From positions 2,912,001 through 2,976,000 of the forward strand of contig CBDBCY010000004.1 of the NCBI GenBank assembly GCA_965203555.1: a stretch of 64,000 bases of DNA, in the 5' to 3' direction. Below, piece after piece: positions 59,233 through 64,000 of this stretch (position 1 is its first letter; the number at the start of each line of letters is the position of its first letter). The notes below the pieces were generated by a model, which saw only the letters and a program-made list of their open reading frames with translations, was not told where the DNA came from and did not search any database. Made by a program: the position numbers and the translations under genes. This DNA comes from Acidimicrobiia bacterium. GTDB taxonomy: Bacteria > Actinomycetota > Acidimicrobiia > Spongiisociales > ZC4RG35.

Positions 59233-60408
59233 TTACGTGAAGTGAAATCGTATTCTGACATATTTCCCAGAGTGACTCTGCATGATTTCGGGGCTGGTGT
59301 CGTTGAAATCGCGCATCGCATTGCACATCACGGGCCACCCCCTGCCTCGTTGTTCCATGAACCCCAGGTTGACCATGTAGTTAGCCATTAGTTCGTTCCG
59401 CGACCGGGGATGTCCGCCGGCCCGTACACTCTGGGTGCTCATGTGGTTGGGCAGCGTGCCTGGACTGGTGATGTCGACGTGCCGGGCGAAAACCTCAAGA
59501 AGCGTCTTTGATCCGGTGATGGCGTAGTCTCTGTGCACCACGGCGTTGACCAGCGACTCCCGAAGCGCCGCCCGCGGCAGCAGATGACGGTCTTCCCGGA
59601 GCAGTCCGCGATAAGACTCGTGCCGTCCCAGGCCGGCAAACCAGCCTATCGCCCGTTCCACTTGTTCGTCCAGGCGTCCTATGGCGTCTGACACCTGTAA
59701 AACATCCGAAGCCCGGTCACTGCCCTGGTAAGCGACGCATTCCACCCGAAAGTTGCATGTCTGCGGGTAGCTTTGTGGTTTCTTGCTGAAAGCCAGCAGT
59801 CCGTAAAGGGTCGGATGGAACACCCCTCCCAACTCCGCCACCACTCCGCGATTGCGGAGATCATCTTCCTCGTGGGGCTGAGGACGGGTTTCCACGTCGA
59901 GTCCGAGCCTCCGCAGATAGGAGCGGAAGACCTGGACATCAATATCGGTGGTGGTTGCCGCCTGTATGGTGCGTTCCTCGGTAAGGATGTATCCAAATAC
60001 GTTGTATAGCTCCTGGAGTTCGGTCGCCGATGGCGCAACGCTGCTTCGTCCCCGGCGTATCCATACGCGTTCACCGTATCGGAGCGGCTCGAATCCCCGC
60101 TGGCGAGGTATTTCGACCCAGTGCACCCAGCCCTTGGGGTCCTTATACCTACCGACGCGAGCCGAAACCGGTGAACTGCAACCGGTTTGGAGGAAACTCG
60201 TCAACCTCTCCTGGACTTTCTCCGCATCCTCCTTGACGCCGACGATCTGTCGGGCATCGGTCACTCCCAGGATGACCACGCCTCCCTCGGTGTTCGCGAA
60301 GGCGCATGTCGCTTTACCGATCGCGGACAGGTCTCCAAGTCCACGTTTGAATTCCGTTTGCTCATTCTCTCCGGCACTGATGCGATTGAGAACATCCAGC
60401 CATTCCAT
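59233..60408 (-). CDS. Schlafen/AlbA_2 domain plus HATPase_c_4 (RecG-C-like) protein
   Basis: GENEQTEFKR, CAFANTEGGVVILGV, RRGRSS; ALRESLVNAVVHRDY, ITSPG, SRNELMA, MEQRGRG. Confidence 0.88.
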   Translation of the reverse strand: MEWLDVLNRISAGENEQTEFKRGLGDLSAIGKATCAFANTEGGVVILGVTDARQIVGVKEDAEKVQERLTSFLQTGCSSPVSARVGRYKDPKGWVHWVEIPRQRGFEPLRYGERVWIRRGRSSVAPSATELQELYNVFGYILTEERTIQAATTTDIDVQVFRSYLRRLGLDVETRPQPHEEDDLRNRGVVAELGGVFHPTLYGLLAFSKKPQSYPQTCNFRVECVAYQGSDRASDVLQVSDAIGRLDEQVERAIGWFAGLGRHESYRGLLREDRHLLPRAALRESLVNAVVHRDYAITGSKTLLEVFARHVDITSPGTLPNHMSTQSVRAGGHPRSRNELMANYMVNLGFMEQRGRGWPVMCNAMRDFNDTSPEIMQSHSGKYVRIRFHFT

Positions 60409-60416
60409 GTCGGCGC

Positions 60417-63176
60417 CTAGAAACCGTACTTCAGTCGGCGCAGACGAAACGCTTCGTCGCCGCCGTCGACGGTCTGGACGATGGCGTCCCGCACCGCGGG
60501 ATCTTCAATGGCCCCTGAACGGGCGATCTCGCCCCGGTGTGCCGTAGCCTCCAACTGAATCACCTGGTCGGCGTCACCATTGACGACGATGTTGGCGTTG
60601 TGTGTGGCTACGATGATCTGCCTGCGTCCCTTCAGCCGCTTCAACGCAGGAAGCAGTGTCTCGAACAGGAACCGATTGTCCAATTCGTCCTCGGGTTGAT
60701 CTATCACGAGCGGACGTTCGTCATGGGTTTCCAGGAGCAAGGCGAGCAGCAGGCTCACCCGTTGTCCGCCGGAGAGTTCTTGCATCGGACGATGGATGTC
60801 GTCGTCCAACTTGAATTCCAGCAGGTACTGATCGGGGCAGCGAAGGGCCGCCAACTCGCGCCGTCTCGACGGGTTGATCTGCAATTGGAACGTCTCCTGT
60901 ACTTTGTCACTCATGCCGGTCTCCTCTAAGTGACCGGTGCGTAGCTTCTTAAGCAGACTGGTGGAACCGGGACGGGCGTCCGTCGGCAACTCGTTCCACC
61001 ATCGTGTGATCCCTCTTTGGCTCAAGGCCCTGACAAAACGATCCAGTGGTTCTTTTCGGCCTTCATCGATCCGGCGTGCGGCTATTCGTCCATCGAACTG
61101 TGAGTGGATCCTTTCGATTACGCGATCGAATGCCTGTCTTTGTTCGGTGATGAGGTGCTGTCGTTCATCGAGCAACCCGGCGAACAAATGTCCGGATTTG
61201 TCCGAGGTTTCGCGGGTCTGGTCAAGATTGGCCTGGTAGCTCCCCAGAAGTGACGCCTGGACGTTCAACTCTTGGAGTTGATTGATTCTCGCCCCGTCGA
61301 GGCCCTTTTCTGCGAGGTTCCGGTTTACCTGCACGCGAACGCCGCGCTGGTGGTCTTCCAAGGTTTGAGCTACCAACCGGATGGCGGTGTTCGTCGCGAT
61401 CAGACCGTTCTTTGCGGATCTCAGCGAGACGCCGACCTCGTTGAATCGGCGGCGAAAGTTCGTCTCGTCCTGGTTTTCTCCCGAGGTGGCCAGCGTGTCG
61501 GCAAGGTAATCGTCGATCTCCGGCAGTTCTGTGATAGCGGTGGATTTCAGAAGCCTGTCCACATCCTTCACCAACCTGGTCACTGCTTTTTCTGAATCCC
61601 GCCAGCGGCGCAGATCGCTGGATACACGGTTCAGGTTCTCCACGCCGGCCTCCGAGAATTCGGCGAGTTCCCTGGCCGCTGTTTGGCTACGCTGAAAAGC
61701 CTGCTCGGCATCTGCGAGATCATCGTCGAGCTTGGCAAGATGGCGGACGATTCGGTTCAACTCCTCGTCAAGTTCGTTCAAACGTTTTCGACGGGCCTCG
61801 ATTTCCTGTGTCTCAGATGCCACCAGCCGGGCAAGAATTCCTTCCACGGCCTCGGGATTTTGAGCCAGCTGCTGAAGTTCGGTTTGTGTGTGGAACACCG
61901 CAGGCCATTGCTCATACGGCGCTGCTGTTGGATCCCTGCCGGGGCACTCGAGAACGACCTTTGCAGAGCCGCCGAGAAAACGGTCCCTGCCGCGCGCTTC
62001 GACCTGCTTCTTCAAGTCGGCTTTTTGCGGCAGAGGCGCCCCGACACGTACCCTCAAACCATCGAGGAAAGTGCTCTTGCCGGTCATACTGCCGCCTATA
62101 ACGCAGGTCAGATCGGGGCTGAGATCGAAACGGGTATCGGGGTCGCCAAAGAAGGATGCTTTGCCGGAGACTGTTGCGGACTTCAGCCACGGGCGCCGGT
62201 GCATCGTCACATCGGGAGGATTAGAGATTTCGGTGAGGTTTCCGTTAGCGCAACGTTCGTGCCCGATGCGGGTCCGCGAGTCGCTGGCGATGAACGCTTG
62301 TCGCAGTGCCTCTATTCTCGGGCTGGCCAGCTTGAGCCATGTATGGCGTTTCCCGATCTCATCCACCGTGTAGGCGTCGCTGGCATGAAAAAACGCCTGA
62401 CGGTGTTCGGACATCTTTTCATCCAGCGCCGCCCGGTTCCGCAGTGCCTCTTTGGGTAGCTTGTCGTCGCCAAGTTCGAGACCCGCCACCTGATCATGTG
62501 GGAACTTAGCCAGTACTTGGGCTTTCAGAGTTCTCAGCAGACCCTTATCCGTGTCTATGTGGGGCGCAAGGGCGATGTAGCTCCATTGAGATTCGCCATC
62601 TGCGGTCCTGGGAGACTCGCTTCTATGGAAATCCTGAAGAGCGCCAAACGCTTCATCGGCGCTCCTGTTGGACATCGCAAGCTGGTTGGTAGGCCACGGC
62701 GACACACCGCCCATGACGAGATCGAAGGCCTTCAGATAGCGGAGGCGGCCGATCTCCGGGTCGAACAGGAAGAGCATATGCAGCCCTTTCCTGCCTTCCT
62801 TGAGCGACGACTCAAAGCCAGGAAAAACCGCGTAGATCTGTTCCCGAAAAGGTGTGCCGTCTTCATCGACGCCATTGTTCCACTCCTCCACGATTCCCCA
62901 CACCGCACTGGTTTCTGCTGCGGCGCCTATACGAGGTGAGTGCGGAGTGAGGCCAAGCACCCGGACGCCGCGATCTATGGCGCTTTGCAGAAAGCACCGG
63001 GCATAGGCGGAAATCGTTTTCTCTGACTCTTTGGGGCCGGTAACCCCAGGTGGCATCTTCGCCTTACCGCCCGGCAGGTCGTCCACAGTATGAACGTGCA
63101 GGTCGGCTTTGAACCACCGTGTGCCTGGAACATCCCGTTTCCAGCTATCCGCTTGTTGTCGTGTAAACGGCATCAT
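60417..63176 (-). CDS. PHP-like domain fused to coiled-coil ABC/SMC-type ATPase (TrlF/Ppl-like)
   Basis: WFKADLHVHT, HMLFLFDP, LAPHID, SDAY, EALRQAF; Walker A IGGSMTGKST, coiled coil, LSGGQR, PLVIDQPEDELD, ATHNANIVVNGDAD, VDGGDEAF..R..KY. Confidence 0.88.
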   Translation of the reverse strand: MMPFTRQQADSWKRDVPGTRWFKADLHVHTVDDLPGGKAKMPPGVTGPKESEKTISAYARCFLQSAIDRGVRVLGLTPHSPRIGAAAETSAVWGIVEEWNNGVDEDGTPFREQIYAVFPGFESSLKEGRKGLHMLFLFDPEIGRLRYLKAFDLVMGGVSPWPTNQLAMSNRSADEAFGALQDFHRSESPRTADGESQWSYIALAPHIDTDKGLLRTLKAQVLAKFPHDQVAGLELGDDKLPKEALRNRAALDEKMSEHRQAFFHASDAYTVDEIGKRHTWLKLASPRIEALRQAFIASDSRTRIGHERCANGNLTEISNPPDVTMHRRPWLKSATVSGKASFFGDPDTRFDLSPDLTCVIGGSMTGKSTFLDGLRVRVGAPLPQKADLKKQVEARGRDRFLGGSAKVVLECPGRDPTAAPYEQWPAVFHTQTELQQLAQNPEAVEGILARLVASETQEIEARRKRLNELDEELNRIVRHLAKLDDDLADAEQAFQRSQTAARELAEFSEAGVENLNRVSSDLRRWRDSEKAVTRLVKDVDRLLKSTAITELPEIDDYLADTLATSGENQDETNFRRRFNEVGVSLRSAKNGLIATNTAIRLVAQTLEDHQRGVRVQVNRNLAEKGLDGARINQLQELNVQASLLGSYQANLDQTRETSDKSGHLFAGLLDERQHLITEQRQAFDRVIERIHSQFDGRIAARRIDEGRKEPLDRFVRALSQRGITRWWNELPTDARPGSTSLLKKLRTGHLEETGMSDKVQETFQLQINPSRRRELAALRCPDQYLLEFKLDDDIHRPMQELSGGQRVSLLLALLLETHDERPLVIDQPEDELDNRFLFETLLPALKRLKGRRQIIVATHNANIVVNGDADQVIQLEATAHRGEIARSGAIEDPAVRDAIVQTVDGGDEAFRLRRLKYGF

Positions 63177-63264
63177 TCAGTTTCCGAGCAGATGATTCCC
63201 CTCATGAATGGTAGATAACGCTATGGTCGCTGCCAGGTGGATAGATCCAGAGACCCTTCCGGCG

Positions 63265-63699
63265 TTAGTGCGTATCGACGTGTACCGGGTCGCCGACTCG
63301 GATCATCCCTCCTTTGACTACCAGGGCAGCGATTCCCGACCTTCCGGCGAGAGCCTCTCTGGCCTGAGGTCCGACTGTCTCGTGCATCCGCCCGCACGGG
63401 GGGCAGTCCCGCCATACCGACAGGGTCGCATCGCCGATCCGGATCAGCGTTCCGGTGGTGCGTGGCAGGCGATCGGCGTCCACCGTGATGTTGCGGCGGG
63501 TGGCGCCGGGTCTGATCGAGTATCCCAATTGCTCGGCGGCCGCGGCCAACTCACCCTCGGCCACCAATGTCACGTTGCGGGTGGTTCCCAGGTAGCGGTC
63601 GCCTTCCAAGCCCTGTCCCTCCACCGCCAGCACCTCGGAGACCTCGGTCACCTCGCCGCGGTGGGCGGAGGCCAGGTGGAGGTGGGTTACCGAAGGCAT
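63265..63699 (-). CDS. MOSC domain-containing protein
   Basis: GLEGDRY, RNVTL, TRRNI, CPPCGRM, GGMIRVGD. Confidence 0.88.
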   Translation of the reverse strand: MPSVTHLHLASAHRGEVTEVSEVLAVEGQGLEGDRYLGTTRNVTLVAEGELAAAAEQLGYSIRPGATRRNITVDADRLPRTTGTLIRIGDATLSVWRDCPPCGRMHETVGPQAREALAGRSGIAALVVKGGMIRVGDPVHVDTH

Positions 63700-63703
63700 C
63701 GTC

Positions 63704-64000
63704 CTAGCTGCAACCGAGAGAGGCGCCGCAGTTGAGGCAGCGGTAGCAACTCCCGTTGCGGACGGTGATGTGCCCGCACTCGTCGCACATGGGGGCGTCG
63801 CCCATCATCTGGCTGAGAGCGACCTGGGATGGGGAAGTTGACACCGCCGCGCCCTGGGCGAGAATCTCGCCTAGCGGATCACCGGGTGAGGTGAACTGGA
63901 GGTGGGGAGACTCCACGAAGGCGGCGGCCCCTTGGACCGCCTCCACGTTGCTCTCCTCTCGAGCGGCATCGAGAGTGGGCTGCGTTCCCCGATCGCTCAC
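63704..64000 (-). CDS. nrdJ: C-terminus of class II (B12-dependent) ribonucleotide reductase (5'-truncated by window)
   Basis: GDAPMCDECGHITVRNGSCYRCLNCGASLGCS* is a typical NrdJ C-terminal zinc ribbon. Confidence 0.8.
   Translation of the reverse strand: MSDRGTQPTLDAAREESNVEAVQGAAAFVESPHLQFTSPGDPLGEILAQGAAVSTSPSQVALSQMMGDAPMCDECGHITVRNGSCYRCLNCGASLGCS

Noticed and set aside
59162-63264. Prophage or integrative element boundaries around the defence-like pair
   Set aside because: No integrase, att-like direct repeat or IS end could be found in either flank by eye.

Overview
High-GC bacterial chromosomal DNA. Gene content (form I CO dehydrogenase, ino1, TIGR03084 protein, class II RNR, Calx-beta-like surface protein, NitT/TauT and sugar ABC systems) fits an actinobacterium, possibly Acidimicrobiia; this is inference only. 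The left end (758-5865) is a three-level nested insertion whose ends and target duplications can all be read: ISL3 contains an IS110-family element, which contains IS21. The IS110 non-coding end holds four short segments matching its own donor junction and its actual target site, as expected for a bridge RNA. Its circle junction would form TTGACA-N17-CATACT, and the recombinase has an extra C-terminal XRE-like HTH. The middle is mostly metabolism: citrate synthase, coxMSL-xdhC(YHS)-sirtuin, proA-like, nuoABCD only, an SBP-ferredoxin-P450-ABC-LLM operon, an acyl-CoA carboxylase followed by tandem near-duplicate dehydrogenases, a cyclic amidohydrolase, ino1, an orphan Mo-hydroxylase large subunit, a sugar ABC/catabolic locus, and an ABC-2 exporter coupled to E1 alpha/beta. 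Scattered accessory elements include an apparently catalytically dead IrrE/ImmA homologue, a decayed doc toxin with an intact mini-antitoxin-like ORF, an AbiEii-type pair and a ~145-nt rod-like hairpin. At the right end a two-gene candidate defence operon pairs a PHP/ABC-ATPase (Ppl/TrlF-like, altered metal ligands) with a Schlafen/AlbA_2-HATPase protein. No rRNA, tRNA or CRISPR array was found by eye.
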